A stretch of DNA of 64,000 nucleotides from Candidatus Xenobia bacterium (lineage in GTDB: Bacteria > Vulcanimicrobiota > Xenobia > Xenobiales > QWHO01). The notes below the pieces were generated by a model. That model had not been told where the DNA came from. It searched no databases and saw nothing but the letters and a program-made list of their open reading frames with translations. A program made the position numbers and the translations under genes. The stretch is from NCBI GenBank assembly GCA_045863235.1, contig BTUM01000020.1, forward strand, positions 32,001 to 96,000. The letters are read 5' to 3'. This document shows positions 27,826 to 36,269 of this stretch, piece by piece; position 1 is the first letter of the stretch, and every line of letters begins with the position of its first letter.

Positions 27826-28602
27826 CTATTGGCAGATCGCCGAGTAGGCCGCGGCCAGCCTGAGGCAACGCTCGCGGTCGAGCGGCCCGGACCAGTGGCC
27901 GCCCTGCTTGATCCACGAGCCCACGATCAGTCCGTTCGCAGCCCGCAGGGCCGAGAGCTGGTCGGGGGTGACGCCTGAGCCGACCAACACCGGCAGGCCG
28001 GTGGCGGCTTTGACCTCGGCCAGGTCTTCCGGCCGGGTGGGCTGGCCGGTCGAGGTGCCGGTGACGATCAGCCCGTCGGCCCCGAAGAACTCGGCCCCGC
28101 GGGCGGCCTCGGCCAGGCTCAGGTCGGCGGTCAGGGCGTGGGAGGCGTGCTTTTTCTTGATGTCGGCGTAGACCTGCACGCCCTGGGCCCCGATCGCGCG
28201 CCGGTAGCGCAGCAGGGGACCGGCTTCGGCCCGCTCGAGCAAGCCCTCGTCGGCCACATGGGCGAAAACGAAGTTCTCCACCCGCACGAATTCGGCTCCG
28301 ATGGCCAGGGCCACGGCCACCGCCTCGCGGGCACCCCCCGAGAGGATCTGCACCCCCATGCGAAGCTCGGGCACGGCCTGGCGCACGGCGATGCCGATGC
28401 GGGTCATCACGGCCACGGTTTCGGGGGGGTGCTGGCCATGCACGTAGGGCGTATCGTGCATGTTCTCCAGGATCAGCCCGCCGAAGCCGGTCTCGGCCAG
28501 GATGCGAGCTTCCAGCACCGCCTGCTCCACCAGCCGCTCTACGCCGTCCTGGGAGCGGGGCGAGCCGGGCAGGGGCAGGGCATGGACCATGCCGATGAGC
28601 AC
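27826..28602 (-). CDS. BtpA/SgcQ family TIM-barrel protein
   Basis: IGMVH..PLPGSP, ENMHD.PY, ADIKKKH, IVTG..TG and VLVGSGVT. Confidence 0.92.
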   Translation of the reverse strand: MLIGMVHALPLPGSPRSQDGVERLVEQAVLEARILAETGFGGLILENMHDTPYVHGQHPPETVAVMTRIGIAVRQAVPELRMGVQILSGGAREAVAVALAIGAEFVRVENFVFAHVADEGLLERAEAGPLLRYRRAIGAQGVQVYADIKKKHASHALTADLSLAEAARGAEFFGADGLIVTGTSTGQPTRPEDLAEVKAATGLPVLVGSGVTPDQLSALRAANGLIVGSWIKQGGHWSGPLDRERCLRLAAAYSAICQ

Positions 28603-28606
28603 GGGC

Positions 28607-29239
28607 TCAGTCCTCGATGGCCACCTGCTGGCGGCAGAGGAAGTCCACCAGGTCGTCCACCGCTTGCCCGTAGCACACCTTGCGGCCGTCCGAGCCCTGG
28701 GTCCAGTCGCAACCCGGCGGGATGGCCACCTTGCGGCCATCGCTGCTCAGCGTCCAGTCCCCTCCGGGAGGAACGGCCACCTTGCGTCCGTCCGGGCCCT
28801 GGGTCCAGGTGTAGCCGTGCGGAATGGCAACGCGGCGCCCGTCCGGGCCCTCGGTCCAGTCGCCGCCAGAGGGAACGGCCACGCGGCGCCCGTCGCGACC
28901 CTCGGTCCAGGTCCAGCCCTGGGGTACGGCAATGCGGCGCCCATCACGCCCCTCGGTCCAGTCGCCGCCAGGGGGGATGGCCACCCGTCGGCCATCGCGC
29001 CCATCGGTCCAGTCCCAGTTATGGGGCAGGGCGATCTTGCGCCCGTCGCGGCCGTAGGTCACGTCGTCTTCAGCCGGGTAAGCCACCCTCCGTCCGTCGC
29101 GGCCCTCGGCCCAGTCCCAGCCCTCGGGCACGGCCACCCGCCGGCCGTCCGAGCCGTTGCACCAGGTTCCCCGGGCTGCGCCGAGGCTGGCCGCCGGCAG
29201 GCGGGACGGAACTTGGTAGGGCGTGGCGGTGATGCGCAT
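28607..29239 (-). CDS. 17-aa tandem repeat protein
   Basis: About 10 copies of (D/T)WTxGxDGR(R/K)VAxPxGx. Confidence 0.85.
   Translation of the reverse strand: MRITATPYQVPSRLPAASLGAARGTWCNGSDGRRVAVPEGWDWAEGRDGRRVAYPAEDDVTYGRDGRKIALPHNWDWTDGRDGRRVAIPPGGDWTEGRDGRRIAVPQGWTWTEGRDGRRVAVPSGGDWTEGPDGRRVAIPHGYTWTQGPDGRKVAVPPGGDWTLSSDGRKVAIPPGCDWTQGSDGRKVCYGQAVDDLVDFLCRQQVAIED
28670..29167 (-). repeat. 51-bp degenerate coding tandem repeat, about 10 units
   Basis: Periodicity visible in both DNA and protein. Confidence 0.85.
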
Positions 29240-29317
29240 GGCGTGATGACTCCCCGGATTTTGGGCCAGTCTATCCCAGCGCGCGCTCCAGGGTTTTGTG
29301 GGAATGTTACAGGAGCG

Positions 29318-30457
29318 TCAGACGGGTACCTCGGCCACCGCCATGGGATGATCCGAGATCTGCACGCCGTGCGCGTCGTGGAGCTTGAATCCCTCGAACT
29401 CGGCTGGGCCGGCGGCGTTCTTGGTGTTGACGAAGTCGATGTGGAAGGCGTGCACCTCGTGGCCGGCCTGGCGCAGCTCATTGGCCAGCGAGCTGTCCGC
29501 GCCGCCGTTGAGGTCGCCCCCTCCGACCACCAGCTGGCCGGGCTCGGCCTGACGCGCCAGCTCGTCCATCACTGCCTCGCGCGCCTCGGTTCGCTGGGCG
29601 TCGGTATAGTTGTGGGTGGGCATGTGGGTGTTCCAGAGCAGCGCCTCGCGCCCGCCGGGAAGGCGGACCTCCACGGTCTGAAGGCTGCGCGGCTCTTGCC
29701 CGTCGCCCTGCAGGGCCCACTCCTTGAGCTCCTGGAGCCCGCTTCCGTCGTTGAGCAGCACCCGGTTGGAATGGGCCGTCACCTCAAGGTCGGGGTGCAC
29801 CAGGGTTAGATTGCCCTGCAGCAGCGTGGTCTGGGAATAATAGCCGTGCATCGAGAGGCCTTCCACCAGCTCGTCCACGTGGCCGGGGGAGACCTCCTGG
29901 AGCAGGTAGACGTCGGCCTGCCGATCCTTCATGGCGGCGATCATCTCGTCGAGCTGCGGCCTGGCCCCGTCGGCATCGCGGCTGCGCTCGTGGTGCAGGT
30001 TCCAGGTGACTACCTTCAGGTCTCCACCGTCCACCGCCTGCCAGCCCGGGCGGCCGTCCGTCGTGGTGATCTGATTGTGCGACGATTCCAGGTTGCGCGC
30101 GGCGTCGGGCAGCGAGGGGATGCCCTCCAGAATGCGCCAGGCGTGAGCACCCTTCACCCCCAACTCGGGGGAGATGCACAGTCCCTGCTCGGTCAGAGCC
30201 ACTGGAGCGGCCTGGGCGCACACTGGCGCGTGGGCCAGCGCATAGCTTCCCGCTCCCGCGGCCGTGCCCACCACGCCCAGGGCCAGCATCGAGCCCAGCG
30301 CCAGCTTGCGCAGCCGATGGCCCTTCTGCTCAGGCTCCTGTTCGTCGGTCTCGGGCTGCGGCAGGTAAGCGTCCGCCGGCCCGCTCTCCGGCGGGGCATA
30401 GCGCACGCCGGGCACGCCCTTGTAAGCTGTGGTGCTGGTGATGCTGGTCGCTTCCAT
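29318..30457 (-). CDS. endonuclease/exonuclease/phosphatase family protein
   Basis: VTWNL, LLQEV, NTH, GGDLN, IDF and SDH motifs; internal TM segment. Confidence 0.88.
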   Translation of the reverse strand: MEATSITSTTAYKGVPGVRYAPPESGPADAYLPQPETDEQEPEQKGHRLRKLALGSMLALGVVGTAAGAGSYALAHAPVCAQAAPVALTEQGLCISPELGVKGAHAWRILEGIPSLPDAARNLESSHNQITTTDGRPGWQAVDGGDLKVVTWNLHHERSRDADGARPQLDEMIAAMKDRQADVYLLQEVSPGHVDELVEGLSMHGYYSQTTLLQGNLTLVHPDLEVTAHSNRVLLNDGSGLQELKEWALQGDGQEPRSLQTVEVRLPGGREALLWNTHMPTHNYTDAQRTEAREAVMDELARQAEPGQLVVGGGDLNGGADSSLANELRQAGHEVHAFHIDFVNTKNAAGPAEFEGFKLHDAHGVQISDHPMAVAEVPV

Positions 30458-30583
30458 CCAGGCTTTCAGGATAGCACCGGTCGGCGCCCCCCCGGGAGAA
30501 ATTCATGTTACCGGACTGCAACCGATGTTAAAGTTCCTGGCCACGCCCTGCCGGTCAGGGACCCCTCTTCTGTGTGCTCGAGA

Positions 30584-30621
30584 AATCTGTAGTGTAAGTT
30601 TTGGATCTTACACTACAGATT
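30584..30621. repeat. perfect 15-bp inverted repeat with core TGTAGTGT-N14-ACACTACA
   Basis: AATCTGTAGTGTAAG-TTTTGGAT-CTTACACTACAGATT. Confidence 0.9.
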
Positions 30622-30643
30622 CCATGAGCGAGCCAAACCACGA

Positions 30644-30700
30644 GCAGGCTGACGCAAAACCGGTGGTGGTGTCGAAGCGTGCCCTGCACAATACATTGTG
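30644..30700. repeat. dispersed copy of the 4544-4606 element
   Basis: 32/35 identity with 4544-4578, followed by CACAA(T/G)ACATTGTG in both. Confidence 0.85.
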
Positions 30701-30798
30701 GTCTCGGAGCTATACCAGTGTCGGAGTGACCCTCCGCCACCCCGGGACCGACCGAACGCTCGGCAGTCGGGCGGGGGTCGATGGCCGCGCCCGGGGGA

Positions 30799-31422
30799 TC
30801 AGGAAGCCTGACCGATGCCCGAGTGCATGGAGGGGCCGGGGGGCTGCGAGCGCACGATACGGGCTTCGGCCTCGAGCAGCTCCTGCCAGCGCGCCCGCAC
30901 CCGCCTGGGGGCAGCCACCTTGTTGGCCAGGCGCAGGAAAACTTTGTAGTGTCCGTGCTCGGAGGCCCACAGGCTCTTGTAGAGCTTGGCCAGCTCGGCG
31001 TCGGGGGCGTGCTCGGAGAGCAGATGGAAGCGCTCGCACGAACGAAGCTCGATCAAGGATGAGATCAGCAGCCGGTCGACCAGCTCGTCGCGGCCCTGGC
31101 CCAGGCGGATCTCCTTGCGCAGGTCGGCGGCATAGCGGTTCTTGTGCAGGCGCGAGAGCTCGCCTCCGCGCCGGGCCAGCAGGCGCGTCACGATGGCCAG
31201 ATGCTCGGCCTCGTCCTTGGCGATCAGGGTGAGCGTGTTGACCCACTCGTCGGGAGGGTTGGCGTCGGGCCACTGATTCAGGAGGGAGAGCGCGTTGCTG
31301 GCGGCCTTGCGTTCGAGGTGGGCGTGGTCGTTGAGCAGGGCCACAACGTCGGAGAGGGCCTGCTCGGCCCATTCCGGCGGGGTGAGCCAGGCCAGCGGGA
31401 GATCGTCAATTTTTCCAGCCAT
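30799..31422 (-). CDS. miaE: tRNA-(ms2io6A)-hydroxylase
   Basis: W...AL.D...LL.DHAHLE.KAA, E.EH, IE.RSCERF and SE..H di-iron motifs. Confidence 0.88.
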   Translation of the reverse strand: MAGKIDDLPLAWLTPPEWAEQALSDVVALLNDHAHLERKAASNALSLLNQWPDANPPDEWVNTLTLIAKDEAEHLAIVTRLLARRGGELSRLHKNRYAADLRKEIRLGQGRDELVDRLLISSLIELRSCERFHLLSEHAPDAELAKLYKSLWASEHGHYKVFLRLANKVAAPRRVRARWQELLEAEARIVRSQPPGPSMHSGIGQAS

Positions 31423-32068
31423 CGAGCCACTCCTGGAAGAGGTTGGGGTTCAGGGATGTGAGCGAATCCACCACCCGGTGGGCTAAGGCAAGATCCGAGG
31501 CCGAGCGGGTGGAGGTCACGGCCACCACCAGCGAGCCGGCCGCCAAGCCTGCCTCCACGCCCTGCGGGGCATCCTCCACCACCAGGCAGCGAGCCGGGGG
31601 CAGGCCCAGGGCTTCGGCGGCCAGCGAGAAGACCTGCGGGTGGGGCTTGCCCTCGGTTACGTCATCCCCCGTGACCAGGGCGTCGAAGTACTGGCGGATG
31701 CCCAGCCCGGTCAGCAACAGCTCCACGTTCTCGCGCGGACCCGAGGAGCCCACCGCCAGCTTGAAGCCGGCTCTGGCCAGGCCTTCGACCAGCTCACGGG
31801 CTCCCGGCAGGGGATGGATGTGCTCGCGGACATGGGCCCGAAACAGCTCCTCCTTTTCGCCGGCCAGGCTCTCAAGCTCTTGCTGGCTCACTTCGCGGCC
31901 CAGCCAGACCGGGAGAATCTGGGCGTTGTGCGAGCCGAAAGTGCGCTCGAAGAGCGGCAGCTCGAATGGCACGCCGTGGCGCCGGCCCAGCTCGTTCCAG
32001 GCGGCAAAGTGCGACTCATGGGAGTCCACCAGCACGCCATCCATGTCAAATATCGCTCCGTACTCCAT
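31406..32068 (-). CDS. HAD family phosphatase (beta-PGM-like)
   Basis: FDMDGVLVDS, GSS, GKPHP and VEDA..G. Confidence 0.92.
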   Translation of the reverse strand: MEYGAIFDMDGVLVDSHESHFAAWNELGRRHGVPFELPLFERTFGSHNAQILPVWLGREVSQQELESLAGEKEELFRAHVREHIHPLPGARELVEGLARAGFKLAVGSSGPRENVELLLTGLGIRQYFDALVTGDDVTEGKPHPQVFSLAAEALGLPPARCLVVEDAPQGVEAGLAAGSLVVAVTSTRSASDLALAHRVVDSLTSLNPNLFQEWLDGWKN

Positions 32069-32159
32069 TGCGTCTTTTCTCGAGGGCCGCTTTTCAGACT
32101 TTTTTCAGGATCTCCTGGCACGATAGCGCGGCACAAGAGAGCGGAGGGATCTGAATACC

Positions 32160-32561
32160 ATGAACGTCGCCCTGACCGGAGCCACCCCCATTCCCCAGCG
32201 CTTCCAGGCGCCCGCCAGCGCCAACTCTGCACCCCAGCAGGCGCCTGCTCCGAAGGACGACAGTGAGGACAACGCCCTCCTGAAGTTCTACAAGGAGTAT
32301 CAGACCCCCATTCACGTGGCCGGTGGGGCCCTTCTCGGAGCGGGCATCTCCCGTTTGGCCGGCGTTCCCGGGGAGGCCGTGCTCTCGGCCGCCGGAATCG
32401 GAGCCTTTGCCGGTTGGGTGGCTGACAATCCCCGCCGGGCCGCTTGCATGGCCGGTGGGGCCGTGCTCGGCGCCACCATCGCCTCGCTGGCCGGCCTGTC
32501 CGGGCCGGCCGTGGTCAGCGCCGCGGGCACCGGCACCTTCGTGGGATGGATCGTGGGCTGA
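32160..32561 (+). CDS. small glycine-zipper membrane protein with internal duplication
   Basis: Two copies of AGGA(L/V)LGA.I..LAG..G.AV.SAAG.G.F.GW. Confidence 0.75.
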   Translation: MNVALTGATPIPQRFQAPASANSAPQQAPAPKDDSEDNALLKFYKEYQTPIHVAGGALLGAGISRLAGVPGEAVLSAAGIGAFAGWVADNPRRAACMAGGAVLGATIASLAGLSGPAVVSAAGTGTFVGWIVG

Positions 32562-33181
32562 TGCGACCCATCGACCCCAGCAACCCTTCGCAGCCGGCTC
32601 GGCCCAAGAACCGGCCCTCGTTGCCACCTTCCGGTGACAAAGAGCCTCAGGACGGTGTGCAGCTCTCGCGCACCCGAACCGCCAGCGGGCGCTTTCGCGT
32701 CAAGCGCGGCGACACCAAGCTGAAGACCCTGCGCGAGACCTACGGGCTCGACTTTGCGGCCGGGTTGCCGGGCAATATGCCTCTGGCCATCCTGCGGGCC
32801 GCCAGCGGGCTTTCCTTGAGCCAGATGCTCGAGCAGCCCGAGAAGCTCGAGGAAGCCACCGAGAAGGTCAAGAAGGAGAAAACTCTGGTCCGGCTTTACC
32901 AGGACAGCCCGGGCGCCGGTGGGGGCTATCCTCCGGAATCGACCGTGGACACCGACAGCCCGGGAGCCGGGGGCGGTTATCCTCCTTACCAGACCATTGA
33001 CAGCCCGGGAGCTGGTGGCGGGTATCCGCCTGCCGAAACCGTGGACAGCCCCGGTGCCGGTGGAGGCTATCCTCCCTACCAGAGCGTGCCGCCTGGTAAG
33101 GACCCTTCCAGAGAGCCCTCTAAGGAGCCCCCTGCGGAGCCTCAAAAAGGGCCTTCCGAGCCTCCAAAAAGTCCGGCTTGA
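32561..33181 (+). CDS. repeat protein with 4x DSPGAGGGYPP (RiPP-precursor-like)
   Basis: ATG overlaps the previous stop (TGATG); repeat conserved in protein with synonymous DNA variation. Confidence 0.75.
   Translation: MRPIDPSNPSQPARPKNRPSLPPSGDKEPQDGVQLSRTRTASGRFRVKRGDTKLKTLRETYGLDFAAGLPGNMPLAILRAASGLSLSQMLEQPEKLEEATEKVKKEKTLVRLYQDSPGAGGGYPPESTVDTDSPGAGGGYPPYQTIDSPGAGGGYPPAETVDSPGAGGGYPPYQSVPPGKDPSREPSKEPPAEPQKGPSEPPKSPA
32903..33076 (+). repeat. four coding repeats of DSPGAGGGYPP with 4-6 aa spacers
   Basis: Direct reading of the sequence. Confidence 0.9.
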
Positions 33182-34616
33182 TGGAAAGGGCCTGCTGGTA
33201 GCACTCGCAGGCCTCCTCGCGGCGCCCTAAAGCGTCCAGGCAGTTGCCCTTGAGAAAGAGCAGCACCTCGTCGCGGCCGTAGCGGTCGATGGTGCGCTGG
33301 AAAAAGTCCAGGGCCGGCTCGAAGCGCCCGATGCCGTAGCTCAGGTGGCCCAGCCAGAACGTGAGGTTCGGACCGCCCGGGAAGTGGTAGTCGTTCTCCC
33401 AGGTCCGCCCGAGGAGCTCGACCAGGTCGCTGCCCTCGCTGAAGTTGAGCCGGGGAAGGACTCCGGCCAGCTTGTTGGCGCAGGCTGCCAGGGCCTGAGG
33501 GTCGGCCAGGTTCAGGCGCACGAAGGCCGGCAGGGCGGTGCGCCAGCTGTCTGAGCGGTCGCGCACCAGGGCGAACATCTCATTGGCTGTGTTGACCAGG
33601 TTGACCCGATCGAATCGCTCGCGAAAGGCGTAGTTGAGGTGCGGGAAGTCGCCCTCGAGGTCGAGGGCGCAGACCGTCTGCAAGCTGTCGAGGTAGCGGT
33701 GGCTGGTCAACCAGGCCTGCTCGAACGTGCCCGTCAGGGCCGGGTAGTTGACCAGGTGGGAGAAGGCTCCCTCGTGCAGTTGCAGGGGGTGGTCGGGATA
33801 GTGGGTCATGTGCTCGACGCTGGTAAAGGCGCGATCGGAGCTGAGCAGGATCAGCCGGCCCAGCTTGCGCAGACCCCGCAGCACGGCCAGGCTGGCTGTT
33901 GGAATGGTGAAGGACCCTTTCGTGACGGTGCGGGTGTAGTGCTGTAACAGCTCGGAGAGGTTGCGCTCGGCGTATCGGGTGGTCGGGTCGATCGCCTGGT
34001 AACTGCGCACCACCTCCACATCGCGAGCATCGCGCGGCTCCTGGTTGGGGGTCTTACGGACCAGCTCCACCAGGCACTCCTCCAGAACGCCGTCTTTGAC
34101 ACGGAACTCGTCCTGGGCCAGGGAGTCGAAGAAGTAGTTGGCGATCACCACCAACGGATTGGCGAAGCTCTGGATGGTTTCACCCGAGCGCCGCAACTTC
34201 AGAACCGGGTCTTCACCCGCGCGAAAGAGGGCGAAGTCGAAGCGCTCGCCCTGCAATCGCTCGTGTTGCTCCCAGAACTCCAGGTTGGCCTCGGCCAGGT
34301 CGGTCAGCACCAGGCGAAAACGCAGGCTGCGGGTAGCCGGAAAGTAGGCCAGCTTGCGCTCCAACTCGCGCGCCAGGTAGAAGGACAATCGGCCGGTGCC
34401 GGTGCCCACCTCGAGCAGGGTGAGCGGCTCGTCAGGATGCTCGAGAGGCCGATCGAGCAGCATGGCCAGGATCAAGTCGGCATAGGCCTCGGCGATGACG
34501 GTGCTGTTGGTCACATAGTAAGGGGTTCGCTCGTTCCAGGCCTGTACGCCCAGATTGCGGTAGTGGTTCTCCTGCAGTCGCCAGAGGTCGCATTGCGACA
34601 AAGAAACAGCCGTCAT
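33120..34616 (-). CDS. SAM-dependent methyltransferase (MidA/Methyltransf_28-like) with C-terminal TPR
   Basis: LLEVGTGTGRL motif I, VVIANYFFDSL and C-terminal TPR. Confidence 0.8.
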   Translation of the reverse strand: MTAVSLSQCDLWRLQENHYRNLGVQAWNERTPYYVTNSTVIAEAYADLILAMLLDRPLEHPDEPLTLLEVGTGTGRLSFYLARELERKLAYFPATRSLRFRLVLTDLAEANLEFWEQHERLQGERFDFALFRAGEDPVLKLRRSGETIQSFANPLVVIANYFFDSLAQDEFRVKDGVLEECLVELVRKTPNQEPRDARDVEVVRSYQAIDPTTRYAERNLSELLQHYTRTVTKGSFTIPTASLAVLRGLRKLGRLILLSSDRAFTSVEHMTHYPDHPLQLHEGAFSHLVNYPALTGTFEQAWLTSHRYLDSLQTVCALDLEGDFPHLNYAFRERFDRVNLVNTANEMFALVRDRSDSWRTALPAFVRLNLADPQALAACANKLAGVLPRLNFSEGSDLVELLGRTWENDYHFPGGPNLTFWLGHLSYGIGRFEPALDFFQRTIDRYGRDEVLLFLKGNCLDALGRREEACECYQQALSIKPDFLEARKALFEAPQGAP

Positions 34617-35569
34617 TGCACACTCAGGGCCCCGGACCAGCCGGTCGAGGGCTCGCCTTTCAAAGTCGTGGGATCCAGGGCCCAGGCGCGGGCTATGGCC
34701 AGCACGCTGGATTCATCCGGATAGGTGAGATCGGTGCGCTCGAAGTAGCCGGGCTCTTCGGCCTCGTCGCTGGTTTCGTCAAAGAAGGCTGGCAGGCTCT
34801 GCTCGGCCTCGGTGACGTGACCGAGCCGCCACAAGGTGGTGCCGATCTCGCCCAGGTAGGCGTAGGCGCGCACGATGGTGCCCTCCTCGGTACGGGCCCA
34901 GGCGAACAGCCCCTGACCCGGGTCGCAAGCGAAATAGCAGACCTTGTGGGCTCGCTGGCTGAGCGACTCGAGGTAAAGCAGCAGCGGATCGGATTGCACT
35001 TCGGCCTCGGGGTCCGGGTAAGGTAGCCCCACCGCCAGGCTCCAACCCTCCAGGCGAGGGGTGACGAACACCCGGCCCGGCGTTTGAGCGAGGCCTTCTT
35101 GCCAGGAGACCGGGCGCACCTGGCGCAGGCCCATCTCGCACAAGAGCAACTCGCTCTCGCAGGCCGCCGCCAGCCAGGCACAGGGTGGGTGGAAGGGCGT
35201 CGGCTCTTGCGGGATGGGACTCCCCTCAGCCGGACGGGCCGCCAGGCTCAAGAGCAAGAGGCCGAGCCGGAGCGGATCTGCCTCTACGGCCTGCCCTTCG
35301 ACCGTCAGCGTGCCGCCGTTGGACTGGCAGACCAGGCACGGCTCATCGGGACCGGCCACAAACGTGCTGGGAGCCTTGCCGCCTTTGAGGGCCTTCAGCA
35401 CGGCCTTGCCCAGGTCGGCAGGGTAAGGTCGGGGACCCAGGCTGAACACCGGCTCGCAACTGGCGAAGCCGCCCTGTGACGTGCGCCGGCGGGCTACCAC
35501 CGCCGTCTGGTTGGGACGCGGGTAGACCAGGCATTGCTGCTCTTTCGGGCCGAACAGCCGCTGCAACAT
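34613..35569 (-). CDS. hypothetical protein
   Basis: Long ORF coupled to the methyltransferase (ATGA overlap). Confidence 0.7.
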   Translation of the reverse strand: MLQRLFGPKEQQCLVYPRPNQTAVVARRRTSQGGFASCEPVFSLGPRPYPADLGKAVLKALKGGKAPSTFVAGPDEPCLVCQSNGGTLTVEGQAVEADPLRLGLLLLSLAARPAEGSPIPQEPTPFHPPCAWLAAACESELLLCEMGLRQVRPVSWQEGLAQTPGRVFVTPRLEGWSLAVGLPYPDPEAEVQSDPLLLYLESLSQRAHKVCYFACDPGQGLFAWARTEEGTIVRAYAYLGEIGTTLWRLGHVTEAEQSLPAFFDETSDEAEEPGYFERTDLTYPDESSVLAIARAWALDPTTLKGEPSTGWSGALSVQ

Positions 35570-35772
35570 GCCCCCCCTTTCGGGCCGTCGCTCGGGGGGC
35601 CTTCTGGGCTCCCATGTAGGTTCTCCGGGTCAGGGCGACGCTGCCTTCCGGCTTCGTGCGGGTTCGGAGAACCTGTAAGCCAAGCTTACTCGATCGACGG
35701 GCCGGCCTCAGTGAGATTTTCCCCGATGACCGCGTTCCAGGGGTCCTGCTCGGATTGGGCGAACCAGGCCTC

Positions 35773-36159
35773 ATGAAGCGTCTGACGACCCTCCTCTTGC
35801 TTTTGACCGCCCTGGCGGGGGCCCAGATCGGCGGCTATTTCGAGCTCGGCCCCACACCCTCCACGGTCTGGGAGGGCGATTCGTTCGAGGTCGAGGTGAA
35901 GCTTGAGATGGTGGCTCGCGAGGAGCTGCGGGTGCATCTCAGCGCCGACCATCTGAGTCTCTCGACCCGAGAGCTGGTGATCCCAAAGGGCGAGAGGTCA
36001 GCGGTGTTCATGGTGACCGCGCCCCTCTTGCCGGTAAACTACAACCAGCAGCCTCAGTCCTACACAGGACGGTTGAAAGTGAGCGACCGCAAAAACTCGC
36101 ACGAACGCTACGTGACCATCATCCCTCGCAGCTATCCCAACCCCAATCCGATTCGATGA
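35773..36159 (+). CDS. exported hypothetical protein (Ig-like)
   Basis: MKRLTTLLLLLTALAGA signal peptide. Confidence 0.7.
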   Translation: MKRLTTLLLLLTALAGAQIGGYFELGPTPSTVWEGDSFEVEVKLEMVAREELRVHLSADHLSLSTRELVIPKGERSAVFMVTAPLLPVNYNQQPQSYTGRLKVSDRKNSHERYVTIIPRSYPNPNPIR

Positions 36160-36269
36160 ACAAAGTCGCATCAACGTTTCCGTTTTGTTTCAGCCCGCCC
36201 TGGTAGGTTGAAGCTCCAACCCGGGAAAGACGCAAACATGCGCGCAGCTCGGGTGGGCTGGAGGCAAAT

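Noticed and set aside
30687..30700. NrdR boxes (also 4593-4606)
   Set aside because: Resemble the NrdR consensus but are single, embedded in a dispersed repeat and not upstream of nrd genes.
32903..33076. CRISPR-like repeat/spacer pattern
   Set aside because: Repeats vary at synonymous positions and spacers are 12-18 nt in frame, so this is a protein-level repeat.
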